NCBI RefSeq assembly: GCF_963921235.1
Contig: NC_086108.1
Span: forward strand, 73,720,001-73,784,000
DNA: 64,000 nt
Source of the DNA: Mobula hypostoma
Taxonomy: Eukaryota
Reading direction: 5' to 3'
Positions 38,401 through 52,681 of this stretch are shown here, one piece after another (position 1 is the stretch's first letter; the number at the start of each line of letters is the position of its first letter). The notes beneath the pieces are model-generated. The model did no database searches and was not told the origin of the DNA. It saw only the letters and a program-made list of their open reading frames with translations. A program made the translations under genes and the position numbers.

Positions 38401-40938
38401 GGTTGCCACAATCTTTTAATGAAGCCTCTATTTTGCTTATTCTTAAAAAGAATAAGGATCCAACTGAATATTCTTCTGATAGACTAATTTCCTTACTTAC
38501 TGTTGATACTAAAATTTTATCTCAACTTTTGGTTCATAGGATTGAAAATATTTTGCCATCTATTATTTCTGTTGATCAGACTGGATTTATCAAAAATTGA
38601 TACTCCCACTTTAATATTCATCATTTATTGAATGTTATTTATTCTGCTTCTAAAGAGATATCGGAATGTGTGATATCCTTAGATGCTGAGAAAGCCTTTG
38701 ATCGGGTTGAATGGAATTATTTATTTAAAACTTTAGAAAAATTTATCTTTGGGTCCGATTTTATTCAATGGATTAAGTTACTTTATTTATCTCCCTCCGC
38801 TCAGGTTCTTACAAACTCTTAGAACTCTAAACCATTCAAACTTCAACATGGAACTAGATAAGGTTGTCCTTTGAGTCCTTTGCTTTTTGATTTGGTGTTG
38901 GAACCTTTAGTTATTGCCTTCCGGAAATCCAATGATATCATTGGTATTTTAAAGAGGGGTATTACCCACAAAGTTTCGCCTTATGCTGATGACGGTTTGC
39001 TCTACATTTCTAATGTGGAGTTGTCTTTACCATCCGTACTTTCTTTACTCTCCTGCTTTAGTCAGTTTTCAGGACATAAACCTAACTTTCATAAGAATGA
39101 ACTTTTCCTTTGAATAATTTTGTATTAGTTAATACTAACCTTCCTTTTAAAATTGTAAGAAATCAATTTACTTATTTGGGCGTAACAATTACTAGGAATT
39201 ATAAATTCCTTTTTAAAGAAATGTTTTTTTACACTTCTGAGTTATATTAAGAAGGCACTATCAAATTGGTCACCCCTCTCCTTATCGTTGATTGGCTGAA
39301 CTAATTCTATCAAAATGAATATTTTGCCTAAATTTTTATATTTATTTCAGGCCGTACCTGTTTTTATTCCTAAATCTTTTTTTGATTCTCTGGATTCTAT
39401 TATATCTTATTTATGGAAAAATAAAATTTCTCGATTAAATAAAATTCATTTTCAAAAAACTAAAAAGAATGGAGGTTTAGCCTTACCCAATTTTAGGTTT
39501 TATTACTGGGCAGTCAATATACGGAATCTTACGTTTTGGTTATATTATATTAATCGAGAGGACTGTCCAGTCTGGGTTTCTCTAGAAGCTAATTCTGTTA
39601 ATAAATTTTCTATCATTTCTCTTCTTGGATCCTCAATTCCTTTATCTTTAAGTAAGTTAACTGATAATTTTGTAGTTAAACATACTTTGAGGATTTGGTT
39701 ATAATTCAGAAAATATTTTGGTTTACTGAGTTTTTCATTATTTAAGTCCCATATTTTCTAACTATTTTTTTAAACCTTCTTTGACTGATGTAGTTTTTAA
39801 AGAGTGGAATAGATTGGGTATTAAATGTTTTCAGGATTTGTTTGTTGGAGATAGTCTCTCTTTATTTGAGCAACTGTCAGCTAAATATAGCCTACCCAAA
39901 ACCCACTTTTTGTGATATTTACAAATTAGAGACTTTTTGCATTCTCAAGTACATACACTTCCTAAAAGCCCAGATAAGAATTTACTTGGTATAATTTTTA
40001 ATTTGAAACCCTTCCATAATGGATCTATATCTAATATTTATGGTATGTTGTTGGGAATGAGAAATATTCCTTTAGACAAAATTAAAAACCTCTGGGAACA
40101 AGATGTACAGATTCCAATTTCTGAGGATACTTGGAATGAAATTTTTTAATTGGTTAATACCTCATCGTTATGCGCCCGTCATTCCCTTCTACAATTTAAA
40201 GTGGTTCATAGGGACTAAAGATAAGCTGTTTCATTTTTATTTGAATATATCTCCCTATTGTAATAGATGTAACAATGGAGAAGCTTCACTAATTCATATG
40301 TTTTGGACTTGTCCGAGCCCTGAAAAATATTGGAAGGAAGTATTCCAAACCTTTTCGATGCTTTTCAAAGTAAATTTTAAACTTAATCCTTTGACTGCCT
40401 TATTTGGTATTGCTGGAAGAAATTATATTATTTTGGAGACACATGATTTGCACATTTTGGCCTTTATTTCTCTTATAACCAGGAGCGCATTGTTGCTTAA
40501 GTGGAAGGATGCCACTCTGCCCACTCATACTCATTGGTTAAATGATGTTATGTCATGCTTAAATTTAGAGAACATTCGCTGTTCAATTTCTGAACCTAGG
40601 CTAGATTTTTTAACATTGTGGGGACTTTTTTGAATTATTTTCAAAATCTTTGATTTGCTATTAAGCACGGATGTTAGCTAATAATATGTTTTACTATATG
40701 ATAAGGATTTTTTCCTTTTTTTTAAACCAGTTTTTTTTCCTGGTAGTGGGTTTAGATTTTTTTTTGTATACTAAAATTACCTCTTTTCGATATTATGTTT
40801 AAATTTAATTTATACGGATATGGGGTAATGAGACTATATTTGTGATTCCAATATATTGTAATCAATATATATTATATATCCTACTGTACTCTGTATTCTT
40901 TTATGTAAGAAATCAATAAAAATATTGAAAAAGAAAGA
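35413..40938 (+). mobile_element. Near full-length decayed L1 (ORF1 35520 to about 36340; T-rich spacer; ORF2 36927 to about 40633)
   Basis: ORF1 coiled coil plus ELENRSRRNNLRILG; endonuclease NVKGLN, GGDFN, SDH; RT PGPDG, SLDAEKAFDRV, YADD; C-terminal C..C...H..WTC; AATAAA and A-rich tail; many stops. Confidence 0.95.
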
Positions 40939-41129
40939 ACTTTATATAGAATATTACAGATTTCTATTAGTAGATCATTGGAATTTTACTATATATATCA
41001 TGAAAATTGCAGAGCACATGGGTAAAGAAAGGGATAAGTTCCCAAAAGATGAATGCAAGAACATCCAAGGACTCACTTTCAAGAAAGCTACAATTCATGT
41101 TCTCGATATTTATTATTTAGTTATAGCGT

Positions 41130-41515
41130 CATAGGAAGTCATTCCTGTCTGTGACCATCAAACTTTACAACTCCTCCCGTGGAGGGTCAGACACCCTGAG
41201 CCAATAGTCTGGTCCTGGATTTATTTCCTGACACAATTTACATATTACTATTTAATTATTTATGGTGCAACTGTAATGAAAACCAATTTCCCTTGGGATC
41301 AATAAAGTATGACTATGTCTATTATTTTGTTTATTTCTTTTTGCATTTGCACAATTTGTTGTCTTTTGCACGTTGGTTGCTTGTCCATCCTTGTTTGTGT
41401 GTAGTTTTTCATGATTTCTATTGTTTCTTTATATTTACTGTGAATGCCTGTAAGAAAATGAATCACAGGGTTGTATATGGTGACATATATGTACTTTGAT
41501 AATAAATTTACCTGA
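41130..41515 (+). mobile_element. Rex-Babar-type 3' UTR fragments (two stacked ends)
   Basis: GGGATCAATAAAGTATGACTATG and TGTACTTTGATAATAAATTTAC termini. Confidence 0.55.
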
Positions 41516-41868
41516 ATTTTCTTGAACAGTATGGCTCAAGTCCAACAAGGGATCTAATGAAGGAGTGCTAAGGAGAACTATGAGCATGATGCAAGGGACA
41601 AAACACTCAAGTGAACAGATAAGATAGAACATAAACTGCACTTCTTAGATTAGAAAACAATTTCACAAATTTTTTTTAAACTTTTTTTGCTTTTAGAGAA
41701 ATTGTATAAATAATGGAAATAAAGGAATTTTTAGGTCCAGTACTAACAACAAGGTATTGTGACCAATTGCTTAACAAAAGCAAGAGAGACAACATATTTT
41801 CCTATGTTATGTCCTTTACTAATTAGAATCAGAATCAGGTTAAGTATCACTGACATATATTGTGAAAG

Positions 41869-42687
41869 AGGGCGGAGCTTAGTTATGATGGCGCTAAACG
41901 GTGACTACTTTGCTTGCAACTTCGGAAACAGCTCTATTTCCATCTTTAATATCTTTAGTCTTTCCTTTCAGGGTTCTTTTGAAGACCCTGACCTGTAGTT
42001 ACACGCTGACTTCAGTTCTTAGCGGGAATGCAATCTGCTCTCGGGGTTTCTTAACTGGCCATTATCCAACATGCCAAGGATGCAGCCTAAGAGCTTAGCT
42101 CGCCTTTGGAGGCCTGGGATCTCGTGGCTCTGGAAGCAGGTGGATCAAAGGTCAGCGTCCTGACAGGAAATTGGTGTGTTGTGGGAGTCGGAAGATCTCT
42201 GGCTGTGTGCCCAGGGACCCAAGATCTTTGGGCACAGAACTCGGAAAAAGCGACGCAACGGATGTTTAACATCGTAAACCAACGAGTTGTTTGCTATGTT
42301 TTCCCTCTCGCTGTGAAACAGAGACACCTCTTTTTCCCTTATTAGGTAGGAAGAGAGCCTGTGGTATGTAAAATACTGGGTGAACGAGTAGTCTTTGGAG
42401 TACTGCAAGTCTGTATCTTTTCTGTTGCTTTGCTGCACGCTTGAGTGCTCAGTGGTGGGTGCTGATGCTTTTTTTTTGCTGGTGGGGGGGAGGAGGGATC
42501 GTTGCTTGCTGCTGCTTACATGCGGAAGGGAGGGGAGCTGGGGAGAACTTTTGGGTTCTAACATTTAACTGTCATTCATCATTGGGGCACTCCTCTGTTT
42601 TTGCGGATGGTTGTGAAAAAAAAGCATTTCAGAGTGATATTGTATACATTTCTCCGACATTAAATGCACCTTTGAAACCTTTTGAAA
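41869..42687 (+). mobile_element. Non-coding retroposon (SINE-like) inserted in a Rex-type remnant
   Basis: GC-rich start GGGCGGAGC...GATGGCG; end ATTAAA...CCTTTGAAACCTTTTGAAA; possible TGAAA TSD. Confidence 0.6.
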
Positions 42688-42948
42688 TCAAATTATATAA
42701 GTAGTGCTAAAAGAGAGCAAAATAATCGTGAGGATTCATTGTCTGTTCAAAAATCTGATGGCGAAGGGGATGAAGTTGTTTCTGAAACATCGAATGTGTG
42801 TCTTCAGGTTTTTGTGCCACCTCGACGGTAGTAGTGAGAAGAGAGATGTCATGGATGGTGGGGTCCTTCATGATGGATGCCAGCTCGTTAAGGAAATATA
42901 ATATTAGCTGATAGTATCAATACAGGTACAGTCTGGAATGTGCAATTA

Positions 42949-43137
<189 letters not shown>

Positions 43138-44744
43138 TCACATGATGAACATTCTACATGTGACTAGGAATTCTAATCCTAAACTACATCTGGTGAATTC
43201 ACAATTGCAGCCTTCCCACCAGTGTGTTTCATGAAATGGGGAGAAACACAAAAAACGTTGGAAGCACCCCGACAGCACTTTCCTAAGTACGAAAAAGAGA
43301 TAATATTTCAGAGACACAAGACACTGCAGATGCTGGAATCCGGAACAAAAAAAACTCAGAGTCAGAATTCAACAAGTCAAGCAGCATCTCTGGAGCTAAA
43401 AGATGGTCAACATAATGGGTTGAAACCACATCAGGACCCTGCTAGGGATTTAAATGTTTGTTTGATTTTTTTTTTAACATTTCATCAAACAGTTGAAACA
43501 TATTTCATCAGAACTGGAAACAGTTCAGAGTATCCCAATATCCACAACATCGTAATTCTAGTCTGTGTTCCGAAAATAACCACTTGATGATTTAAATATT
43601 TGACGTAAACCCTCTACTCTGAAGTAATTTATAGGTATTTTATGTTTTTCTCTGAAATCTTGAGATATTTATAACCTCAGTCTTCAAAAACAAACTGTAT
43701 CAATGGAAGTGTCATCTTGAGCTTTATGATTTGCTTTCATGGTCTGAAAACTTGCAACTTTTGCACCGTTAGTTTAATTTAAAAGGATTCCTCTCCCTTC
43801 TGGTGCAGAAAGTTCAGCAAAACATTGTCAATGACATGTATAAAAATCCCACCCATAAGTATTGCTAAAAGACTGAATATTAAAACAATAGAAATATAGA
43901 AAACATGAGTAGGAATGGGCCCTTTAATCATTTGTGACTTCTCCATCATTCAAGATCATCACAGCTGATCATCCAAATTCAATGTTATATAGTTAGGATT
44001 CCCCCCATCCCATCTCGTTAGCCATTAGAACCATACTTAATTCATTCTGCAATGTATTTAGTAATTTGGTTTCAACTGTCCTCTATAGTGGAGAACTTCA
44101 TATGTTCACCACTCTGGGTGAAGTAATTTCTAAGCATAATCAGTCCTAAATAGCTTATCATGCAATCTTGGGGTACTATCCCTGTGTATCGTCAGGAATA
44201 GCCTTCTTATATCTTCTCAGTCCAGCCCCATTGAGGTTTTGTAAGTTTAAGATATCTTTGTATTCTTCTAAGGTGAATATAAACCCAATTACCCCAGTAT
44301 GCATTTGTTCTGCCATCCAGGGAATTAATCCTCTAAAATTCGATTCACTCTTCATCAGACAGGAGATCAAAACTGCACACAATATTCCAGATGTGGTGTT
44401 ATCAGACTCTGACTCTAAAGTCCAAGTAAACTGCATCTACTAGTTCTCCCACTCCTAATCCACTAGTTTTAGTAGATTTAATAAGCACAACTTCCTTTCA
44501 CAAATCGATGATGACTTTGTTACTGTTTTCTAAATGCACTGTTGTTACATCTTTAAAGACTGACTTCAGGATATTGGCTAAATCTAATGACAGATTACCT
44601 TGTTTACAGTCATTTTTTTTCCTCTCACCAATATTTTCCACATACCAACCTACAGAAACTCATCGACAATCCAAAGAAAGATGGGAAGTAATCACCAATG
44701 CATCAACTCTTTCTAACGCCACTTTCTAAGTGCCCAAGGGAGGT

Positions 44745-45278
44745 CTCCAAATTTGAGGAAGGATGTTCTTGCTATGGAGGGAGTGCAGCGTAGGTTCACT
44801 GGGTTAATTCCAGGGATGGCGGGAATGTCATATGTTGAAAGATTGGAGCGACTGGGCTTGTATACACTGGAATTTAGAAGGATGAGAGGGGAAATGAAAC
44901 ATATAAGATTATTAAGGGATTGGACACGCTAGAGGCAGGAAACATGTTCCCGATGTTGGGGGAGTCCAGAACCAGAGGCCACAGTTTAAGAACAAGGGGT
45001 AGACCATTTAGAACGGAGTTGAGGAAAAACTTTTTCACACAGAGGGTTGTGGATCTGTGGAATGCTCTGCCTCAGAAGGCAGTGGAGGCTAATTCTCTGG
45101 ATTCTTTCAAGACGGAGTTAGATAGAACTCTTAAAGATAGCGGAGTCAAAGTATATGGGGAGAAGGCAGGAAAAGGATACTGATTGTGGATGATCAGCCA
45201 TGATCACAGTGAATGGTGGTGCTGGTTCAAAGGGCTGAATGGCCTACCCCTGCACCTATTGTCTGTTGTCTATTGTAT
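44745..45278 (+). mobile_element. CR1 3' fragment
   Basis: ORF 44920-45183 SRTRGHSLR...FFTQRVVDLWNALP; (TATTGTC)-type tail. Confidence 0.9.
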
Positions 45279-46624
45279 CAGCCTTCAATCCCATCAATTT
45301 ACCCATCACTGTTTCTCTATTATTACTGACTTGCTCAGGTTCTGTTCTTTCACAAGACCTTTAGTTTCCCTACATTTCTGGAAGGTTATTTTGAGAAGCT
45401 AGAACCAACATCTTTGCTCAATTGGTTTGCTGTTTCTTTGTTCCCCTTTCTCAATTACCCTGTTTCTGATAAGGAACCTACAATTGTTTATACTAATCTT
45501 GTTCTCTTCACCTATTTGTAGAAACTTTTATAATCAGTTTTTATATCCACTTCAAATTCATGTGAGCTCGATTTCAACTTTAAGAGAAGTTTGGACTGAT
45601 AAGGATATGGAGGGCTATGGTCCTGGTGCAGGTCGATGGGAGTAGGCAATTAAGTGGTTTTGCAAGCCTAGATGAGCTGAAGGGCCTTTTTCTGCACTGT
45701 GTTTTTCTGTGACTCAACTCTGTTTACTCCACAGCCCAGTTCCTCCTCTTAATTAATTTCTTGCACCTCTTGCTGTGTTCTGATCTGTTTTGCAGTATTT
45801 GGGTTAGCTTTTGCTTTTTCTAAGTCAATTTATAGCCCTCTCCTTTGGCTCTAATACTATCACTTATTACTTTTATTCGCCATGGTTGAGTTAGTTTACT
45901 GTATTAAAGAGAAATGAACAATGGTTGTGGTTTATCAGTGCACAATGTAAATGTTTTCCATTGCTGACCCGCTGACAACCCGATAGATGACACATGTCAA
46001 TCTATCTTAGCCAAGTCAGGCCTCATATCATTGTAGCTTCCTTTATTTAGTCAGTTATCAGAATCAATTACAGTACTGTCCAACACAATGAAGAATTTTG
46101 TCATATTGTGACCACTACTCCCCAAGGGACTCGTCACAGCAAAATTGCTAATTAATCCTTCTCAGCACACAATGGATTCCTCTCTAGTTGGTTCATCGAC
46201 AGTATCTGCAGAATCCCGTGTTTATGTGTAGATTAAAGTTACCCATGCTTACAATTATACCTTTATTAAATGTACTCTAATTTCCTGTTTAGTGCCATCT
46301 CTAACTATAGTTTGGGGATCTATATAGAAACCCAGTGTTTTCTGTCTCTTAGTAATTACCCTGCACACAGGGAGTCCATATTATCCAAGTTAATATGGAC
46401 TCTTTCCTCACTTTCACATTTTCTCCTTAGTCAGCAATACTATTCCACTTCATTTTTCTTTTTGCCTGTCCTTATTAAACCTTGAGTAAATTAGATGCTC
46501 AGTTCCCATCCTCTCTCCCTTCCAGAAATGTCACTGTAATTGCACCTATATCATATATGTTGAGATCTATTTGTATCTGCCTCATTGTGAATGCACTGTA
46601 CGTTTAGGCACAAAGCCATTAGAC

Positions 46625-46706
46625 CAGGGGTTCCCAACCTAGGGTCCACGGACCCCTTGGTTAATGGCAGGGGTCCATGGCATAAAAAAAGGGCTGGGAA
46701 CCCCTG
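46625..46706. mobile_element. 82-bp hAT MITE
   Basis: TIRs CAGGGGTTCCCAACC and GGCTGGGAACCCCTG; 8-bp TSD CATTAGAC/CCTTAGAC. Confidence 0.85.
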
Positions 46707-47739
46707 CCTTAGACCAATCGTTTTAATACTCCTAGATCTCTTACACTTAATTTACACAATGACCCTGTCCAGCTTTTGCCTTTGATCTCTCTGCCTTCAT
46801 TTTTGCACATTTCCTTCCTACTTGAATTTCTACCCTAAGTTCCTCCTCTTCTTTCTCTCAGCATAGATTTGTCTCACCTTGCCATTTTCCTTTACACCGC
46901 CCCCCCCCCACCCCACCCAGCAGCCTTCCTCTAGGATATCAGCTCTACTCCAGCTCAAGGACAGGCCCCACTTAGAATATCCCAGAAATTTCCTCTTCAT
47001 TACGTTCTCTTTTAAGCCATGTAATCATCTAATTTATCCTTCTTTTCTATCGTGTGACATTGGCATTAATCCTGAGATTAGTGCCTTTTGAAGTCCTTTT
47101 TCAAACTGTTTTCAATTATATTCAGCCTCTAGGACCATATTCCTTTCACCCACATTCTCACCTATGAATATTACCTGACCTATCGCTGAGAACACAGTTG
47201 ATACGTGACTGATTCTATTAAGAAGCTGGTGTTGTGTACTATCCAATTTATGAAGTACCTTCAATGCTTTAGTAATTTTCACAACCTTAAATTCCAAATG
47301 CTATTCTTTGCCTTTATTCCATATACTTACTTTTGAAATTTACTTGATATACATTTGTTCTGCAAAAAGTAAATGTATTGGAGTAATTTTAACACGTCAT
47401 AACTACATGGTAGAAGAATATTTGAAGAAGCATTGATCTCTAATATTATTTAGAAATTACAGGATTTCAAGAATAAGATTATTCCGATCCTATGTTACAC
47501 CTGCCTTCTTTTTGGCACTAAAACATAACCAACAAAAATAACAAGGATCCTCAGTTTTGTGGTACACACCAATTTTTCCTATCCATTCAGAAAATACTCA
47601 GCATGCCACCTATGAAAAGAAAATCAGCTAACTTCCAGTTTAACAATCTCCAATATACTTGCACTTTCAGTTCAAAGCACTCTGTTTGCTACCCACAATT
47701 CTGCCATCAGTCACTGGGAGGGCTCAGTCTAAAATGGTA

Positions 47740-48420
47740 GAAGAAGAGAAGAACGGTTGGAAGTATATAGTGACTGGATGTGCATAATGAAAATGAAGTG
47801 ATCAGGGCCCGGGAACTAAAAGCAATTTGAAGTGATGAAGAGTATGTAAAGTGTCACAGACATAGGTGAGAAGGGATTGAACCAAGGGGAACAAAATGGA
47901 ATTGAGGTATGCAGACATAAGTTCAGTGGGACAAGAGTAAGAGACAAGCAGTACAGGAAGCTATGAGGTTAGTGGCAGTGGATGGAAAATCTCCAGAGTC
48001 CATGAGGTTGGTGATAGCTCAGGAGACAATGACTTGATGCTTCTTAGTGAGCAACAGGTAAGTAAGAAGTGTCTGAGACCTGCCATCTGGCCTCAGCAAA
48101 GTAGAGGTCAGACTGCCGGACTACAACAGCACCATCCTTGTCTACAGGTTTGATGGTGAGCTTGGAAAAGATGAGGAGAGAGTGGACAGCAGTGCTTTCA
48201 GAGGGTTTGAGGTTAGGAGAGAGGAGTACTGAAGTTGGGATAGTTGATATCTACTCGGGAGTTAAAGTCGAAAAGATCAAGATCAAGGGTAGGGTGTCCA
48301 AGAAGAGGGAGGAGGGATGAAGATGGGAGAAGGGGTCATCGGTAAGAAGTGGAGAATCCTTGTCAAAGAGGTAGGCTTGGAGACGTAGGCGATGGAAGGA
48401 GAACGTGGCATCATGACTTG
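47740..48420 (-). mobile_element. Old PLE RT N-terminal fragment
   Basis: Minus-strand LTIKPVDKDGAVVV...DLY near 48100-48160, matching the IKPADKG motif. Confidence 0.7.
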
Positions 48421-48860
48421 ATTGAAGTGTGTGCAGGGCACAATTTAAGGCCCTTGCTGAGAGCAGAACATATTTTGAACAGCAGGAAAAAAGCTACAAA
48501 ACTGAAAGCTAAAATGGGACTGGCATCATCACAGCAGGGTTTTACATACAGAACGGATGCTGAGTAGAAACTGTGAGGTTTCTTTGATATACTTGGCTCA
48601 CCAACATAAGACGTGTGTTGCCATCTGGTCAAAGTCAGTGAATAACAAAATACCTGCCCTTCAAAGTGTAGCTAAACCACACATTAGCAGTGCTAAAGTA
48701 TTAGTTATATTTAACAATGAATAAAATAAAGCAAAAGGGGATTCATTAATAGGAAGCAAAAAGGTTTTAAAATGCTTCATGTAAATAGTAGAGATTCAAT
48801 GCTAAAATAACCTTCATATACACCCCTTTTGAAAGGGGATTATATAATCTCAAATTTTTT

Positions 48861-49526
48861 TTTAGATTAGATTATGAGGACACTCCGTCCTCGTTTATTG
48901 TCATTTAGAAATACATGCATTAAAAAATGATACCATGTTCCTCCGTATGATATCACAGAAACACAAGACAGACCAAGACTAAAACTGACAAAAACCACAT
49001 AATTATAATATATAGTTACAACAGTGCAAAGCATTACCTTAATTTGATAAGAGCAGACCATGGGCACGGTAAAAAAAAGTCTCAAAGTCCCGATAGCCCC
49101 AAGATCTCACGCAGACAGTAGAAGGGAGAAACTCTCCCTGCCATGAGGTTCCAGCACCGCAAACTTGCCAATGCAGCATCCTGGAAGCACCCGACCACAG
49201 TCCAACTCTGAGTCTGTCCGAAAACTTCCAGCCTCCGACCAGCCTTCCGACACCGAGCACCATCTCTGCCTAGCGCTTCGACCCCGGCCCCGGCCGCCAA
49301 GCAACAGGCAAAGCTGAGGATTCAGAAACCTCCAGAGGTTTCGGATCACACAGTAGCAGTGGCAGCGAAGCAGGCATTTCAGAAGTTTCACCAGATGTTC
49401 CTCCATGCTCTCACGTCTGCCTCCATCAAATCAGAGTTGTGCACGGCCTCCTACTTGACAGATTACAGATATTCATCACCGGAGACCCCGTGTGCGCTGC
49501 GTCGCGCCATCATCTTCTCCTCCTCC
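48861..49526 (-). mobile_element. Non-coding retroposon (SINE-like), CpG-rich
   Basis: 5' GGAGAAGATGATGGCGCGACGCAGCG; 3' AATAAA followed by a (TAATC)n tail. Confidence 0.65.
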
Positions 49527-51279
49527 TTTTTAGTTCTAACATCGAGTTTGGTCAATGGAATTCAAGACTTAAACCTTATGCCAACAGAATGCCATCCAGA
49601 AGAAGGCTTCACTAATGTAAAACAGCCCAGTGAAAGAGCCTATAGTATTGTTTTTTCCAAAGGCAGTGACAAGAAAACAAGCAGTCTTGGCCAGCTTACT
49701 CAAGTCATTAGAATATATGCTAGAGCACAGAAGCAATGAGAACAACTTCTCACATCTATCCTTCCCAGCAAATTTCACAATACATGCTGATGATATTAAA
49801 CTTCATCTTGATTCTGATGCTGATTCATATTGCCCTAAGGAAGGTTTCAGTTAAACGCAAAAGACAGACAGAAAAGGATAATAGTGAAGAGGTATAAGTT
49901 CTTGTTAATGGGGTTTATTATATCAGAGAGAATATGTTAATTTGCACAGACAATTTGGAAACTACTGGTTGATAACTAATCAATATGCCTCTAATATGAA
50001 AAATACCTCGAAATGCCATTCAGAATAAAGCACTGGGTACAAACATAAAGGACAATAGAAATAATAGCTGTCCATTATGAAGTTTTAATTTCAGGTATAA
50101 AATGAACTGGCGGTCATGTACTAATAACTGGGAAGGATTAAAATATTTGCAGATTTTCTATTTTTTAAGCTGTATTACATAAGATACTATGGAAATCATA
50201 TAACAGATCTGACTCTCAAAATGACTCCAGAAAAACTTCTGACTTCCAAATAGGAGAGTAAGTGAGTAACAATAGCATTCCTGGATTTAACATAATCAAC
50301 CACACTCATATGGCTGAAAATGCTACTGTACCTCTGTCTATACTTCACATAAGATGTAAAGCCATCTCACACGCAAACCAGAAACTCTGGACCAAACTTG
50401 CATCACTAAGGGATGCTCGACAGCTGTGGCAGGGCTTGAATGCTACAACTCCTACAAAGTGAAACCAAGCGACATAGGTGACGATATAGGTGACAACAAG
50501 GTTTCACTCCCAGAGGAGCTCAATGCCTTTTATGTTTGCTTTGCCTGTCATAACATGGAGGCACCTTCACGAACTCTCCTAGCACCAATAATCCTGTGAT
50601 TTCAGTCTCCGAAGCCAGTGACAGCATCCTTTGGGAAGGTGAACTATATTTAAAGTGGAGGTCGATAGGTTCTTGATTAGTAAGGGCATCCAAGGTTATA
50701 TGGAGATGGCAGGAGGATGGGGTTAAGTAGGATAGTGTCAGCCATGATGAAATAGCAGAGCAGCCTCAATGGGCCGAATGGCCTAATTCCGCTCCTATGT
50801 TTTATGGTCTTATAGCAGTTTCATTCTTTTCATCAATTCACGTGCCAGTACAGATAATTTTTTTGGTATCAACTCCAAAGTTTTCCTTACTCTCCCAGGT
50901 ACTGCAAAGGCATGGTTCAAATTTATTTATGAACAGTTGCAGCAAGTGATGTGATTCTTTAAACCACCAGCGAGCTCAATCTCTCACAGGAGTTGAGGGA
51001 GAAATGTGTAGGTGACCATGTTCCATGTGGAATTTGAAGCAGGTCTTGAAACTTAAAAAGTCTGCTTTGTGACTATTAATAAAGCAGACATTTTGAATAT
51101 AAAATAATAGTGTCTTGGAACGCAATTCCTAAATTCTGATAAATTTCTTTGAACATCAGATAATAAAAAGATTCAGAGATTTTGGTCAAAGCTTTTGCAA
51201 GGCCAGCCAATCAATGTTAGAATGCTGGTTACTTGAACATTTTCATGTTAAATATTGCTAATGTTGACATAGGGTCTCA

Positions 51280-52254
51280 GGCTACGTCCACACTACGCCG
51301 GATAATTTTGAAAACGCCGGTTGCGTGTAAAAACGATAGGCATCCACACTAAGCGTTTTTCAAAATGTCTCTGTCCACATTAGACGGATATTTGGGCGAA
51401 TCTCCTACTGGGCATGTGCAGGACACACAGAAAACAAGCAAAGAGGAAGCGATATACTTGGTGCACGTTTGTCCAGTTACAGAGTAGAAAAACTTAAAAG
51501 GAATTGCTCTTGGCTCTCATGCAGGAGGACTTAAAACTAAAATAAAACAAATACTGGAGCGTATGGAGGCAACCGACAAGGAGTTCACAGACAGTATGAC
51601 CCGGCCGATGACGAATGTTGAAAAACTCTGTTGCATTAATAAAGCACCTTGTTAAATGTATAAAACATGTCTGCGTGAGTGTTATCTTGTATTTCCATAC
51701 AATGTTACATTAGGCTGTTACACATCTATTGTCAGAGAAGTACTTGCATAAATAGGTAAAGCACCTTCATACAAGCAAGGACAGAAAACGGCAAAGTGAG
51801 TGGACTTATTTATTCAGTAAGCTATGGGTCAAAGTATTTGGTGAACACATTTCTAACTCTTCTGGCTTCAGTCTCGTTGCCGCCTGTTCTGAAATTGTTA
51901 GGTTCTGCAAAGCGCAGAATCAAATATCGCTGTGATGATGGTACGCTCTAGTATCAATTCTTTGGCGACAATAAAGTAGTAACAATAAGAAGAAGAATAA
52001 GAAGAAGAAAACAATGAAATGCCGCGCTGTCGCTATCTGTTCCAGCACGTCATAACAGCGGTTTTAAAAAGCTCCGGTTACCCCATACACATTGCAACGG
52101 ATATTAGGCATTTTCAGATTTATTCACTCTGGAGACCGTTTCTGAAAATCTCCGTTTTCGGGGGCTGAAAACGCCGTTTCAGTGTGGACGGAAGGTCAAA
52201 ATGAAGAGAAAAGGCTTTGTTTTCAAAATTATCCGGCGTAGTGTAGACGTAGCC
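51280..52254. mobile_element. Non-autonomous PIF/Harbinger-type transposon (975 bp)
   Basis: 36-bp TIR GGCTACGTCCACACTACGCCGGATAATTTTGAAAAC (1 mismatch); 3-bp TSD TCA; repeated subterminal TCCACA(C/T)T. Confidence 0.88.
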
Positions 52255-52523
52255 TCAGAAGTAAAGGGACTAACAAAGCAGAATAGGGTGGGAACCACTG
52301 TCAAGGACAAGATGGGTCAAATGGCTTCCTTCTGTATTGGTAATTGATATGATTCAAATGCAAATCTTTACAATGTTATCCTGTAAAGGAAGAAAGTTAT
52401 ATTCAGGATTAGAATATCAAATAGTTAGTCTTTAATTATTTACAACTCTTAGTAAAAAGTTCAAAAACAGCAGCATAACAAAAAGTGTCTGGGATCCTGG
52501 GGGGAAAAAATCAATAATTATTT

Positions 52524-52681
52524 TGAACAGTAACTTTTCATCAGGAATCATGATGAAGGGTTTCAGCCCGAAAAATTCAACTGTTTATTCCCCTCCGTAA
52601 ATGCTGCCTGACCTTCTGAGTTCCTCCAGCATTTTATAGGTGCTTCTTAGACTTCCCAGCATCTGCAAGAACTCCTGCATT
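52524..52681 (+). mobile_element. Miniature PLE derivative
   Basis: Degenerate hammerhead plus tail; perfect TSD AATAATTATTT at 52513-52523 and 52682-52692. Confidence 0.8.
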
